From Octopus vulgaris (lineage: Eukaryota): 64,000 nt of DNA. Numbering within the stretch: the stretch's first letter is position 1; every line of letters starts with the position of its first letter. The stretch covers positions 25,668,001 through 25,732,000 of the forward strand of contig OX597815.1 in assembly GCA_951406725.2 (NCBI GenBank). The letters are read 5' to 3'. Positions 1 through 11,646 of this stretch are shown one piece after another. Made by a program: the position numbers and the translations under genes. The notes below the pieces were generated by a model. It worked only from the letters and a program-made list of their open reading frames with translations. It had not been told where the DNA came from and ran no database searches.

Positions 1-1084
1 CGTCCGTGTCAGGAAAAGCGTTGACCTTATTCACTTCATACTTAACAAACTAGAATCGATTTCCTCGAAATATTTGAAACATTTGCATTTACTGCAACTA
101 ACCATTGTGATTGTGAGCCCATACAAAAGCATCAAAGAGAAAATTTAAATCATAGATAAATTTGCCTTAGATATTAGCAATTGATGTGATAGGTTCGCTA
201 AATGATCGAAATATTATGAAAGAAAACTTTAGCGTGACAACTAAATACACCAATAGGTGTAAACAATTAGAGATTCTCAGAATAGGTTATTCCCATTTAG
301 CATTATATAATACTGGGACCAAACTATATTTTGTAATGGCCTACATTTGATGTTTTACGCATGTATACTCTACAGATATAATACATAAAATCTTACAGAT
401 AAAAAATATCCCCGCGTATCTCCTCTATTCCATTCGCTGGCAATGCTTAGGAAGGCATAAATTAATGAAATCCTGACACTAAAGACTATCTAAAAGACGA
501 TAATTACTCAATGGCTCTCAAATGCTTTAGATTTGAATTTTTTTCAAAGAGGATCTATAACCCACAGAGTACTTTAAAGACCCCACTGTTGAGGACCCCT
601 ACTATAATAATTATTGAGCAATACTATTAATTGCATTTAGCGATTGAGTGAATGAGTGAATGCAGAGTACCACTTTGGAGAAACAAGAGATTATAATTCA
701 AGAAGCAATGAATGATGTAATTAATAATAGATATTACTTGTTAATTTGTAAGTAGGACATGTTTAAGTGTTTGTATTTTTGTGTTATCAGTGGTGTATTA
801 AAGATTTCAGTTCTAGCTGTAATCTTATGGCGCAAGTAATTGTGGGAGGTGACATGCCAAATTATCTCACAAATGCGCTGTAGATTTGTAATAATTTATG
901 TAAATATTTATTGATTATCAAGTGTTGTTGCTGTAACCTCTGTGGAAGTATTGGGTACACACTTTCCCATTCTATCCATTTGCCGATGAAATATTACTAC
1001 GTTTGTGTATTTGTGTGTTTGTCGGTGAATGTGTAGGTTTTTCTGAGTGTTAATGTGTGCGTATATGAGTGTATGTTTATATAT

Positions 1085-1316
1085 ATTTTTTTACTACCCA
1101 CAAGGGGCTAAACATAGAGGGGCAATCAAGGACAGACAAAAGGATTAAGTCGATTACATCGACCCCAGTGTGAAACTGGTACTTAATTTATCGACCCCGA
1201 AAGGATGAAAGGCAAAGTCGACCTCGGCGGAATTTGAACTCAGAACGTAACAAGCAGACGATATACCGCAAAGCATTTCGCCCTGCGTGCTAACAATTCT
1301 GTCAGCTCGTCGCCCT
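1085..1316 (-). mobile_element. tRNA-derived SINE family A, full-length, tail type 1
   Basis: Reverse complement of the 3158 copy (head GGCGACGAGCTG..., body CCTTTCATCCTTTCGGGGTCGATAAATTAAGTACCAG, tail CCCCTTGTGGGTAGTAAA). Flanked by an approximate direct repeat GAGTGTAT(AT)GTTTATATAT. Confidence 0.9.
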
Positions 1317-1571
1317 AAGAGTGTATATGTTTATATATGCATGTAGAAGCTTTTACAATTCCTGATTTCGAATCATGTTGCGATTTATTTTACCTTTAAT
1401 CACAATCAATTGACAATTAAAACTGCTGCAGTACTAGCAACAGCAGCATAAATTGATTACAATAATGCTGGAACACTTGCGCTAACGTTCGGCTGCTAAC
1501 TGCTGTGGGTACTCTATCTTTCTCGAGTTACATCTCAGTTCTTGTTTTATTAGCTAATATTTTTGATATTA

Positions 1572-1943
1572 TCTCTCTCTAAAGCTGTCGTTGTCTGTGT
1601 ATGGCAGGTTTGGTAGCCTTCAACTAACACTATCTCCTCCGAGACCCTGCGGCGCAAGTTGACCAAAATTAAGAGTATGATAGAAGGCTTGCTCTTCCTT
1701 CCGAAGAAGAAAAAATTCAAATCGGACCATGTTAACACCAAAAATTATTTACATCAAAAAGGTGCTTTTTTTCTATGAAAATCCTTATTTTTATACGATT
1801 TTTTTACTGCTGTGTCGCCATTTTTCAGTGTATTTCAGCCAGAAAAATGTTCACAAGCTACATAATGCAAAATTTTTACTTTTCAAAAATTCCAATTCTA
1901 AAGGGTCGAAACAAACCCGAGCAACGCCGGGCGATACTGCTAG
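1572..1943 (+). mobile_element. Non-autonomous Helitron
   Basis: 5' TC(TCTCTC)TAAAGCTG... follows an A. The 3' end has a GC-rich subterminal hairpin CCCGAGCAACGCCGGG, then GATACTG-CTAG and a T. Inserted at A|T with no TSD. Confidence 0.75.
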
Positions 1944-2289
1944 TATTAATAATACTCATTGTTGATTAGTCACGCTACATCATATAAAATTAACCTCCCT
2001 CTCTCACTTTCTATTACTCTTACTACATACCCTTCTTTACAATTAAAGCGAATAACTCATCTTTTCTAACTCCAGTTCCTACTATTACAACTTTTACATC
2101 CCTTCATCATCCCTGTATTTCTACTACGGCGATTGCTACTTCCTATCTCAGCTATTCTCACTATTTATTATAGCACAATACTAATGTATAGAGGTGTTTA
2201 TTTTCATCACTTCGGCGTTATCCACCATATCACGGATCCTTATAAAACTCTAACAATCTTATATTTTTCAAAATAACTGTCCCCGGACG

Positions 2290-3130
2290 ACGTTACATTT
2301 TCCCAATGACTCTTCTGAGACGGAACGGCGAGGTTTAAGGGAGATTTTGTAATTATTTCTTGCAGGCCAAACAACCAAATAGATGGCTTGACATTTATGT
2401 ATTAGAAAGCGGTATAATCTCTTTCCCACATTATCTAGAAGTTGCATGTTGATACTGACAAATATTTCTTTAGCTTTAAGTGACGAGTTTACGTTTTACT
2501 GAAAACTGCTTCAAGAAAACAACGGGAAACCATTCAAATGTATTTTGTCTTCAGTCAGTAAACAGTGAAACGTCAACGACTCAATAGATTTAGGGAAGCA
2601 TCCCACCAGCATCACTATTTGCAAATAGTTTATAAATAGTTTAAGCTATTTGTAACCCAATCGTTGGTGTGAAAAAGACGTGTGCAAACAATTGTTTTTG
2701 TTTGAAACAAACCTGTGACGAAAGTATTCCAGTTATGACCATTCCATCTTATTTTCAAGGTATAATGCATTTAGGACCACATAATCTAATGTAACCTTCT
2801 CTAAAAATGTGAGGAATCGTTTGAGAGAGATATGGCTGCTATTTCAAGCCCGCTCAGAGATCATGTCGGGGCTCTTTTGTTGGTGTGTGAAGCTAGAACA
2901 CCGTTATGATGTCGATTTAATGTTTACTTGTTATTGTTTCGCTCCAGGTCAGCTTTGATCAAGCAAACTTACAATCAAAATCATTCCATCGTGTACCATC
3001 CTACTTTTCTTTTTTTAAGATGAATTAAATTGTCCAACATGTCCTCCTTTTTTTTAAAAGACAGTATGATGAGATACGAGGGAAATCTGGCTGCCATTTT
3101 GAGTGACCACATTGAGAAAGCTCCCTACTG
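2290..3130 (+). repeat. Three diverged copies of an old dispersed repeat (family D)
   Basis: Motif GATTTGAG(G/A)GAGAT(T/A)TGGCTGCTATTTC-like recurs at about 2335, 2820 and 3075. Related copies at 8290-8480 (-), 12850-12975 (-), 38090-38270 and 41710-42020. Confidence 0.6.
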
Positions 3131-3157
3131 GTTTAATTAATAATATTAGTGACAGCC

Positions 3158-3385
3158 GGCGAGCTGGCAGAAACGTTAGCACGCCGGGCGAAATGCGTAG
3201 CCGTATTTCGTCTGCTGTTACGTTCTGAGTTCAGATTCCGCCGAGGTTGTCTTTGCCTTTCATCCTTTCGGGGTCGATAAATTAAGTACCAGTTACGCAC
3301 TGGGGTCGATATAATCGACTTAATCCGTTTGTCTGTCCTTGTTTGTCCTCTCTGTGTTTAACCCCTTGTGGGTAGTAAAGAAATA
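3158..3385 (+). mobile_element. SINE family A, full-length monomer
   Basis: A-box-like GAGCTGGCAGAAACGTTAGC, B-box-like GAGTTCAGATTCC, tail ...CCCCTTGTGGGTAGTAAAGAAATA. Perfect 16-bp TSD AATATTAGTGACAGCC at 3142-3157 and 3386-3401. Confidence 0.95.
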
Positions 3386-4213
3386 AATATTAGTGACAGC
3401 CTGGTAGTATCCCACATAAAGTCTCATTTTCAAAGATATCAATAAATATTCTTCTTCCTGTCATCCATATAGATCATGTAGAATAATTTTCTTCCCCTTT
3501 CGCTTCTGAATCCTCCATTTTTATCGTCTTTAGAAACTATTGGACGATTGGACGAAAGCAGACGTTCACCCTCATTTTTTGTTGCAGTGAATTCGTACGG
3601 ATACTTCTTAAACTTTTCTGCCTGTGTCCCGTCCTTGTCTCACTCTCCTGCTTTCCCCGACTCTCTCATCTCTCTCGTTCTCTTATATACTCACACTGGA
3701 GAATACTCACACTCTGAATATTCCTTTGAACGATACACCCCATGCACATAAAAATAACAATAAATAAAAACATAAAGGAAAGGAGCAGAGATAAAAAAAA
3801 AAAGAAGAGGAAGAGTTTGTGAGGCGACGGCTGGGAGCTAAAGTGGAGAGGGAATCAAATTTGAATAAACAGTGTGTTAATGCATGAAATATTCCGTACG
3901 AATTCATTATAAAGAAGGTTTTTGTCGTCCGCTGTTTATAATTTGTGGATAAAGGGTAAAAGACATTCACTATTGCAAAAGAAAAAAAAAAAAGGAATCC
4001 TGTAAATATTGAATGCAATTCCGGGGTAATATGCTGTCATCACCAAACGGACATGTGTGGCCATGGAAAATCAGTGCAAACACACCCACATCGAATGCTA
4101 TAACAATTTAACGAGGGCTACATTTACTAGCGGTATAAATGTCTATGAGACAAGCTGACACAGACATTTATTTATAATAATAACAGCACAGCTCGTCGGG
4201 AACGGAAGTACTA

Positions 4214-4620
4214 ATGGTGGTGGTGGTGATAGCGGCGGCGGCGGCGGCGGCGGTGGTTATGATTGTAATGGTGCTTACAAATGCGCTCGTGATGATGATG
4301 GTGATGGTGGTAGTGGTGGTGGTGGTGGTGGTGGTATCAATCGTAGTAGTTATGATTATGATGATGATGATGATGATGCTGGTGGTGGTAGTGGTGGTGG
4401 TGGTGGTGGTATCAATCGTAGTAGTTATGATTATGATGATGATGTTGGTAGTTATACTTGTGACCGTGACGGCGTTGCTGTTGGTAGTTGTGGTAATGGC
4501 GGTGATGCTAATGGTGGTTGTAACAGTGATGGTGGTGGTGGTGGTGACGGTGGTGGTTGTGATGGTGGTGATAGTGATGGTGGTGATAGTGATGGTGGAA
4601 GATGAGATTGTGATGGTGGT
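4214..4620. repeat. Compound (GGT/GAT/GGC)n trinucleotide low-complexity tract
   Basis: Visible directly. Includes a duplicated GTATCAATCGTAGTAGTTATGATTATGATG unit. Confidence 0.9.
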
Positions 4621-4962
4621 AGCTGAGGAACTCTGCTGTGACGGCCACAGCAGTTTGGCATGTGACGTTGTGGGTTATGTGGGGGTTCCTGTAACGACGG
4701 CTGCGCGTTTTCAAAATTTCTGTAATATTGCCTTTCTTTTTGTTTTTTTCTTTCTTATTTCCTTTGTCTTTTTCTTTCTTTTCTTCTTTTTATATTCTTC
4801 ATTCTTTGCTCTTTTTTCTATGTGAAGTGACCGTCAGTTGCGAACTTTCAAGATAAAACACAAAACCATCTTCTAAAACACCACCACCACCACCACCACC
4901 ACTGTCCCCATTGGCATCACTACCATCCTTCAGTATCACTACAATTATTGCTGCTGCTGCTG

Positions 4963-5010
<48 letters not shown>

Positions 5011-5639
5011 AACGACCATTAACAGTTAGAATCCCGTAGACCGAAAATAGGTTGGTGGTGATAGTGATATTTAAGACTAAGTGCTTGAAGCTCTAAGTTC
5101 CTAAATGCATTCATGGCGTGAGTATTAATATTTCTTGGAATTGCCTGGCCTTCGTCTCTGTAAAAATTCGAGCAGTAGAAGAGACGGGCAACTCTTGAAG
5201 ATGTCCAGGATTAATAGTCGCACGAGATCTCAACTCAGTCGTAATATCCCATGAGGATACCGAATAGCGAGTACTTTCTTTTCTGACCCAATAGGAGTCA
5301 ACATGTAGTAAGAGTGATTTCCTAGTATTCATGACTGATCTAATATTGCGGCTTATAGATGACTCTCAGTAAATCTGATGATATCACATGGAATTACCCA
5401 AGAACTACTAACAACCAATAACTTCAAAGAGAGGTTCATTCAACATATGTACTCATTCAGCACAATACATACATACGTACATACATACATACATACATAC
5501 ATACATACATACATACATACATACATACATACATACACACAAACACGAGTGTACCCTCTCTCGCTTTGCAGCTCGGTAGCATTTATCGTTGTTGATGTTG
5601 CTGATGAATGATAATGATTAAAGACACTATTATGTATGT

Positions 5640-5760
5640 ATGTATGTATGTCATTGTTCAATTTTATTTCAAGATTTCTTGTCAATAGAGAAAGAGCCGC
5701 TGTCTAACCTGGATCCAAGGCTCCTTCATTGGAATTTCAACATCAACAGCAGGATATTTT
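5640..5760 (-). repeat. Short dispersed repeat embedded in (TATG)n; second copy at 20650-20745 (+)
   Basis: Its reverse complement AAATTCCAATGAAGGAGCCTTGG...CTCTATTGACAAGAAATCTTGAAATAAA aligns by eye with AAATTCCAATGCAGGTATCTTG...CGCTATTGGTGAGAAATTCGAAAAATAAA. Confidence 0.55.
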
Positions 5761-6247
5761 TGTATGTATGTATGTATGTATGTATGTATGTATGTATGTA
5801 TGTATGTATGTATTTATGCATGTATGTGAGTGTGTGTGTGTGTGTACGTACGTATATACGTATGTGTATACATGTATATATATATGCGTGTGTGTGGAGA
5901 TAGAGGGGGAGAGTGAAGGGAGAGAGATATAAAACGGATATATTGGATTTTGATTAATTTGATTGTAAATCTTCGATCTTTTTTTTTCCAATTCTTTGTT
6001 CCATTAGGAGGCTCCATCATTAACATATCCTCAGCGCATATCACAGCCGCCTGCATTATATTCACAATACAAATGGCAGGTCATCCTCTTTACTATCAAC
6101 AGTAACACTGTGAGTAAGTATTTTTCTTTGCGTAGCTCAAAGTCTCTTTTACACAAGGAAGAATATAGAGTTAACTGAGCCAATCAAAATATATTACAGG
6201 AAATTATTTTATCAACTCTAAGAGGATACAAGTCGAATTCAATAACA

Positions 6248-6630
6248 GCGAGTGTCTGTGTGGTAAGAAGCCTGCTTCCCGACCACATGGCTCGGGGTTC
6301 AGTCCCGTTGTGTTGCACCTTCGGCAAGTGTCTTCTACTATAGCCTTGGACTGACCAAAGCCTTGTAAGTGGATTTGATGGACGGATACTGCAACAAGAC
6401 CGTCGTGTGTGTGTATGTGTGTGTGTGTGTGTGTATGTGTGTGTATGTGTGTGTTCCCCCCGCTTGACAACCAGTACTGGTGTGTTTACTTCCCCGTAAC
6501 CTAGCGGTTCGGCCAAAGAGACCGATAGGATAAGTACCAGGCTTTACAAAAATATAATAAGTACTGGGTAGATTCATTCGACTAAAATTGTTGAAGATGG
6601 GGCCCTAGCATGGCCACAGACTAAAGCAAG
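6248..6630 (+). mobile_element. tRNA-derived SINE family B (CORE-like, internal microsatellite)
   Basis: TGTGTGGTAAG A-box, GGTTCAGTCCC B-box, CACCTTCGGCAAGTGTCTTC core-like segment, internal (TG)n, 3' AGCATGGCCACAGACT. Confidence 0.88.
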
Positions 6631-6852
6631 AAAAAATTTTCAAAATGCGATAAACGAGGTAACGAAGTCTAGGTATCGTAAACTATTTAAATCCATAGCC
6701 AAATAATTTTAGGAAGATGTACTTGCGTAGCAAGTGACTTGATCTGAGATCGCGTGCTAAAACAAAAACAATTGCAGCGTGGAAGATGTTTGCAAGCCAT
6801 TTATGAATACACAAAAACCGTTAGTTTCACTTCAACATTTAAATTTAATTTG

Positions 6853-6899
6853 TGTCAAAATATTTTCGTCGCTTTGAAACCGCAACTTGTTCACTGACA
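6853..6899 (-). ncRNA. Candidate minimal type I hammerhead ribozyme variant (Penelope-type)
   Basis: Minus strand reads TGTCA-GTGAACA-A-GTTGC-GGTTTCAAA-GCGAC-GAA-AATATT-T-TGACA: stem I, a core with G3/C8, stem II, GAAA, and a palindromic stem III. Confidence 0.45.
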
Positions 6900-7154
6900 A
6901 ACCTTTAGATGCTGCAATTGTTTAAATAATTTTAGTTCAGTGATTTACTGTTCAGAGTTCAATTTTTACTTAAGTAGTACTTGATTTCCATTCCTATGAA
7001 ATCAGGTACTGAGATTAAATTAAAACTCATGCTTACGGAAAGAAAGAAATTAAAGTAGTCTTTTCTAAGCTAAAAGAAATCGTATTATCACAAAACTATT
7101 TGAAAATGTGTGCACAAACTAATGGAAAACTTAATTCCGCTCTATTGATCTGAA

Positions 7155-7327
7155 GTGTAGCTGTGTTGTTGAGAAGCTTACTTCTCAACCATATGGTCTT
7201 GGGTTCAGTTCCATTGCACGGCATCTTCGGTAAGTTTCTTCTACTATAGCTATAACCGCCCCGGGCCTATCAAAACCTCGTGAGTAGATCTGATAGACGG
7301 AAACTGAAAGAAACCCGTCGTGTACAC

Positions 7328-7406
<79 letters not shown>

Positions 7407-7620
7407 TATGTATGTGAGTATGTGTGTTTCTGTGTGCCTTTGTTTTTACCCCCGCCTCCCATTCGACACACATGTTGGTTTGTTTACGTCCTCGTGACCT
7501 AGCAGTTCGCTGGAATACGTACCAGGCCTACTGGTGTCGATTTGGCCGACTTAACCTTCAAGGCATTGTTCCAGCATAGCTGTAGTCCAATGACTGAAAC
7601 AAGTAAAAGATAAAAGATAA
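7155..7620 (+). mobile_element. SINE family B, diverged
   Basis: Same head and core as the other B copies, internal (CA)n, tail TGACTGAAACAAGTAAAAGATAAAAGA. Confidence 0.88.
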
Positions 7621-7892
7621 ATTTTGACCACAAAAGACTTAAGTCAGCCCTGATCCGGCAAATTTATCGTATATTTCAGTGATGGTCAAAATCGTAAAAT
7701 GTGATATCCATGTTTTTTTCCAAATAATATTAGTTACTTTAGTGATGTAAATGAAACGGCTTCAATCGGGAATTACGTCCCTAGAATTTTATGTTTAAGA
7801 AGCTGACCGTTTCTAAGAAAATTATTTTCAGAAACTGATGCGAAATTAGATTTTAGAAAATATTTCAGGAATATTTCGTTGTTAAAAATTCT

Positions 7893-8220
7893 TATTTCTT
7901 TATTGCCCACAAGGGACTAAACATAGAAGGGACAAACAAGGACAGACAAAGGGATTAAGTCGATTACATCGACATCAGTGTGAAACTGGTACTTATTTAA
8001 TCGACCCCGAAAGGATGAAAGGAAAAGTCTACCTCGGCGGAATTTGAACTCAGAATGTAGCGGCAAACGAAATACCTATTTCTTTATTACCCACAAGGGG
8101 CTAAACATAGAGGGGACAAACAAGGACAGACATAGGTATTAAGTCGATTACATCGACCCCAGTGCGTAACTGGTACTTTAATTTATCGACCCCGAAAGGA
8201 TGAAAGGCAAAGTCGACCTC
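7893..8220 (-). mobile_element. SINE family A head-to-tail dimer, 5'-truncated
   Basis: Two body+tail units joined at AAGAAATA|GGTATTTCG. One 17-bp TSD TCGTTGTTAAAAATTCT (7876-7892 and 8221-8237) encloses both. Confidence 0.92.
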
Positions 8221-8515
8221 TCGTTGTTAAAAATTCTACAAATATCTACCAGAAGTGTTTGCAGAAATGCCTTCCGAAAATTCTACAGAATATGGGTTAA
8301 CAAGGGAGTTTCTATGTGTCAGCCTGCTAGGAATAACAGTCACATTTTTCTTCTTTAAAGAAGGAAGGAGACATAGGATAATGAAATTCAAGATACCATG
8401 CAAATGAGACAAGATTGTCACGACTAGAATGCATTTGAGTGAGTCTGTTCACTCAAGGCTGACCTGGGGCTAAACGACAACAACGGGAAAATACGATGAG
8501 ATGATATTTCGAGCA

Positions 8516-8680
8516 GGCGCAGGAGTGGATGTGTGGTAAGTAGCTTGCTTACCAACCACATGGTTCCTGGTTCATTCCCACTGCGTGGCACCTTGGGCAA
8601 GTGTCTTCTACTATGGCCTCGGGCCGACAAAAGCCTTCTGAGTGGATTTGGTAGCCGGAAACTGAAAGAAGCCCGTCGTA

Positions 8681-8743
<63 letters not shown>

Positions 8744-8953
8744 TAGTTATGTGTCTGTGTATGTCCCCCCAACATCACTTGACAACCGATGCTGGTGTGT
8801 TTACGTCCCCGTAACGTAGCGGTTCGGCAAAAGTCACCGATAGAATAAGTACTAGGCTTACAAGGAATAAGACCTGGGGTCGAGTTGCTCGACTAAAAAA
8901 AAAAAAGGCGGTGCTCCAGCATGGCCATAGTCAAATGACTGAACAATTAAAAG
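8516..8953 (+). mobile_element. SINE family B, full-length
   Basis: GGCGCAGGAGTGG..GTGTGGTAAGTAGCTTG head, internal (TA)n, tail GGCGGTGCTCCAGCATGGCC..TGACTGAAC. Confidence 0.93.
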
Positions 8954-8985
8954 ATTAGATATTTTAGAAATGTTTCAAGAAAATA

Positions 8986-9384
8986 GGATCTCTTCGGTTT
9001 GAACGGCAGTTTTTTTCTAACGGTGTCATATGAAATTGTCACCCATAATTATGACCCTAGTATCGATCTATTGCATTTCAATCTATTTTAGGGTTAGGGT
9101 TAGTTAGGGTTAGGGTATCTTTTTTTCTTCACAAATGTAAATAAACCCAATCTGTTTCTTAAACGAGGGAATGTTTTTTTTTTACCTCAATAGACGTATT
9201 TGATTGGTTGAAATTGAAGAAATTGAAGAAGAAAACAACAAGTATCTTAGAAACTATAGAATTTTCTCAATAAAGCCAAGAGAAAAAGATGTTTTATTAT
9301 CACATTCTACTAGTATACAAAGTTTAAAAGTGTTTAGTTACGTGGAAATTATGTTAAAAACTGCCGGTCAAACCGAAAAGATCT
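8986..9384. mobile_element. MITE (TIR GGATCTTTTCGGTTTGAMCGGCAGTTTTT), copy 1
   Basis: TIRs at both ends, 8-bp TSD AGAAAATA, internal TTAGGG repeats. Confidence 0.95.
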
Positions 9385-10116
9385 AGAAAATATTTCCATT
9401 GTTAGAAATCTTAAAAAGAGTATTGATAAAAAGTATGCTTAGAATAAACTTCTGCATGCATTCCTAGGACAATCTTCTAAACTAAGAAAAGAATATAAAA
9501 AAATCCTGCGCAGAAATCAAGATATATCCTTAAAATATGATCGGCAAATATGTTTTAAGAAACATTCTTTTTACCGATTATTCAAGAAATGCAGGTTCAT
9601 AATTTTAACTAACATAGATGTTTACAGAAGGAACAGTCATGCGTGTCTTTTGTGGCTGCATTTACCCAGTTTTAAAATATAAACATCGTATTCTTCGTTC
9701 AGGTCTAGATTAGTGAAAGAAAAAAAAAAATGTTTTCAGGAAATTATTTTCTTGAAAATATTTTTAGAATATTGATTTCTTTTTGTCTAGACACAAAGGC
9801 ACTGTAAAGTATAGGAAGAGAAAATTAGCAGTATAGTGTTCCTGCCCTCCCTCCAGAGCATTCTTGGCGAAAGTGAAATGAAATGGTTTCAACCAACATT
9901 GGAATTGTATTGCGGTCTAGGTTTACTGATTGCTTACCAAATCTGAATTATATTTCAGCGGAGAATCTCTTTAGCAGCCTTGAACTTTCTGGAAGTATTT
10001 AATAGTACCGCTACAATCATTACAGATCTGACAGAGCTATGTTTAAACTCCAATATCAAAATTAGTTTATGAGGTGAAGTGTAGGAGTTTGAAAGAGGAA
10101 ATTGGCACAAAGGAAT

Positions 10117-10420
10117 GTTTTATAACAAGTTCAGTCCCACTGCACAGCACCTTGAGCGAATTTCATCTACTATAGACGTAAGTAAATTTAGTAGACAGAA
10201 ATTGTGTAGAAACCTGTCGTATACGCACGGGCGCGTGTTTGTGCTGACAACTGGAGTTGGTTTGTTTATGCTCCGGTAACTTAGCGGTTCAGCAAAAGAA
10301 ACCGACATAATAAGTACTTGACTTTTAGAAATTAATATTGTGGTTCATGTTTTCAATTAAACCCTCGAAGGCGATGCACTAGCAAGGCCAATGAATGAAT
10401 TAAGTAGAAAATAAAAAATA
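10117..10420 (+). mobile_element. Degenerate SINE family B
   Basis: GTTCAGTCCCACTGC, GTAACTTAGCGGTTCAGCAAAAG and AATAAGTACT remnants. Confidence 0.7.
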
Positions 10421-10630
10421 AGAGATATAAAACAAAATTATTTTATTAAAAAGTTTTCATAATTCAAAGAAATGGTATTCAGTCCTCTTGTAGATTTGAT
10501 AAGTTTTCTTCGAAATAAAATGAGATCTTTGTGAAATGCTAAGGAAGCCTACTTTTATACAATTTTAATGCTTTTTAGTGTAAGGTCGAAGCTAAATGTT
10601 ACTTCTTGGTAATTACTATATAGTCAAAAC

Positions 10631-10782
10631 GGATCTTTTCACTTTGACCGGCAGATTTTAAAAATAATTTCCACGTAACTAAACACTTTTAAACTTCGTA
10701 AACTGGTAGAATGTGTTACATAAAACATCTTTTTCTCTTGGCTTTCTTGAGAAAATTCTGTAGTTTGTAAGCTATTTGTTGT
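10631..10782. mobile_element. MITE, truncated copy (one TIR only)
   Basis: GGATCTTTTCACTTTGACCGGCAG followed by MITE internal sequence, then an abrupt switch to unrelated sequence. Confidence 0.9.
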
Positions 10783-11390
10783 AGAAGAATAATTTCATCT
10801 TTCTGGAGTGGGGGAACGGAGTTTTGCCTGGCCATTTCCTCTGTTTGAAACCGCACTTCCACCGAAGCATATTTGTTACTCCTGGCCAGGTACGTAATTT
10901 CCGGCCAGATGGGTCCGAAGCATATTTCGATTTCGACCCTTGTTGCCACATCTGTTTTTTTCTCTTTGACTATGAACGTTTTAAATATTATTGTATTCTT
11001 CAATGTATCCTGAGTAACTCTGCTTGGAGTGGTCAGCTCAGTTACGTGCCCTTCCTTTTTCAACAGGTCCTTGAACTTCTTTAGATCTAGCATTTCGGCC
11101 GCAGCCGCAAAAATTTTGATTTTTTTTTGTCAACATTGATTATGCTTTTTCCACTTGAAAGCTCCCCCTCTATGTTACCCAAGAATTCCATCAATTTACT
11201 CTCTGACGAATCCAGTCAGAAAGACTTCACCTATCACAACCAGTATTCATGTTATACCAAAAGCGCTTCCCCTCTCAAACAAGGAGAAAACAATAACAAG
11301 ACCGCCGCAAAGCAGTAAAACAAAGGTGCGTTAAACACACACAATAATAATATTCAACTGTAAGCAAACAAGCGACACTGACCGTAATTC
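10783..11390 (-). pseudogene. Probable 5' end / ORF1 fragment of an L1/Tx1-like LINE
   Basis: Non-repetitive ORF MLDLKKFKDLLKKEG...SNKYASVEVRFQTEEMARQ resembles the RRM-like part of non-LTR ORF1 proteins. Truncated at the MITE. Family assignment is inference. Confidence 0.4.
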
Positions 11391-11583
11391 ACAACTCTAA
11401 CTCTTGGCGACAAATTTCGAATGCCATTTCTGTACATCATCAGCTTCTTTACTGTGGTTTAGCTTATCAGCAAAACATATTTATGGTTCTCTATGTATTG
11501 TAGTAATGTTGATGAAAACATCATGTGATGTTAGACAAGCATGTCAATCTGCCAACCAAAAACACGAGTTCTATCCGAAGATA

Positions 11584-11646
<63 letters not shown>

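Noticed and set aside
6039-6060. TATCACAGCC, the start of miR-2 family microRNAs
   Set aside because: No complementary GGCTGTGAT arm nearby, and the 3' part does not match.
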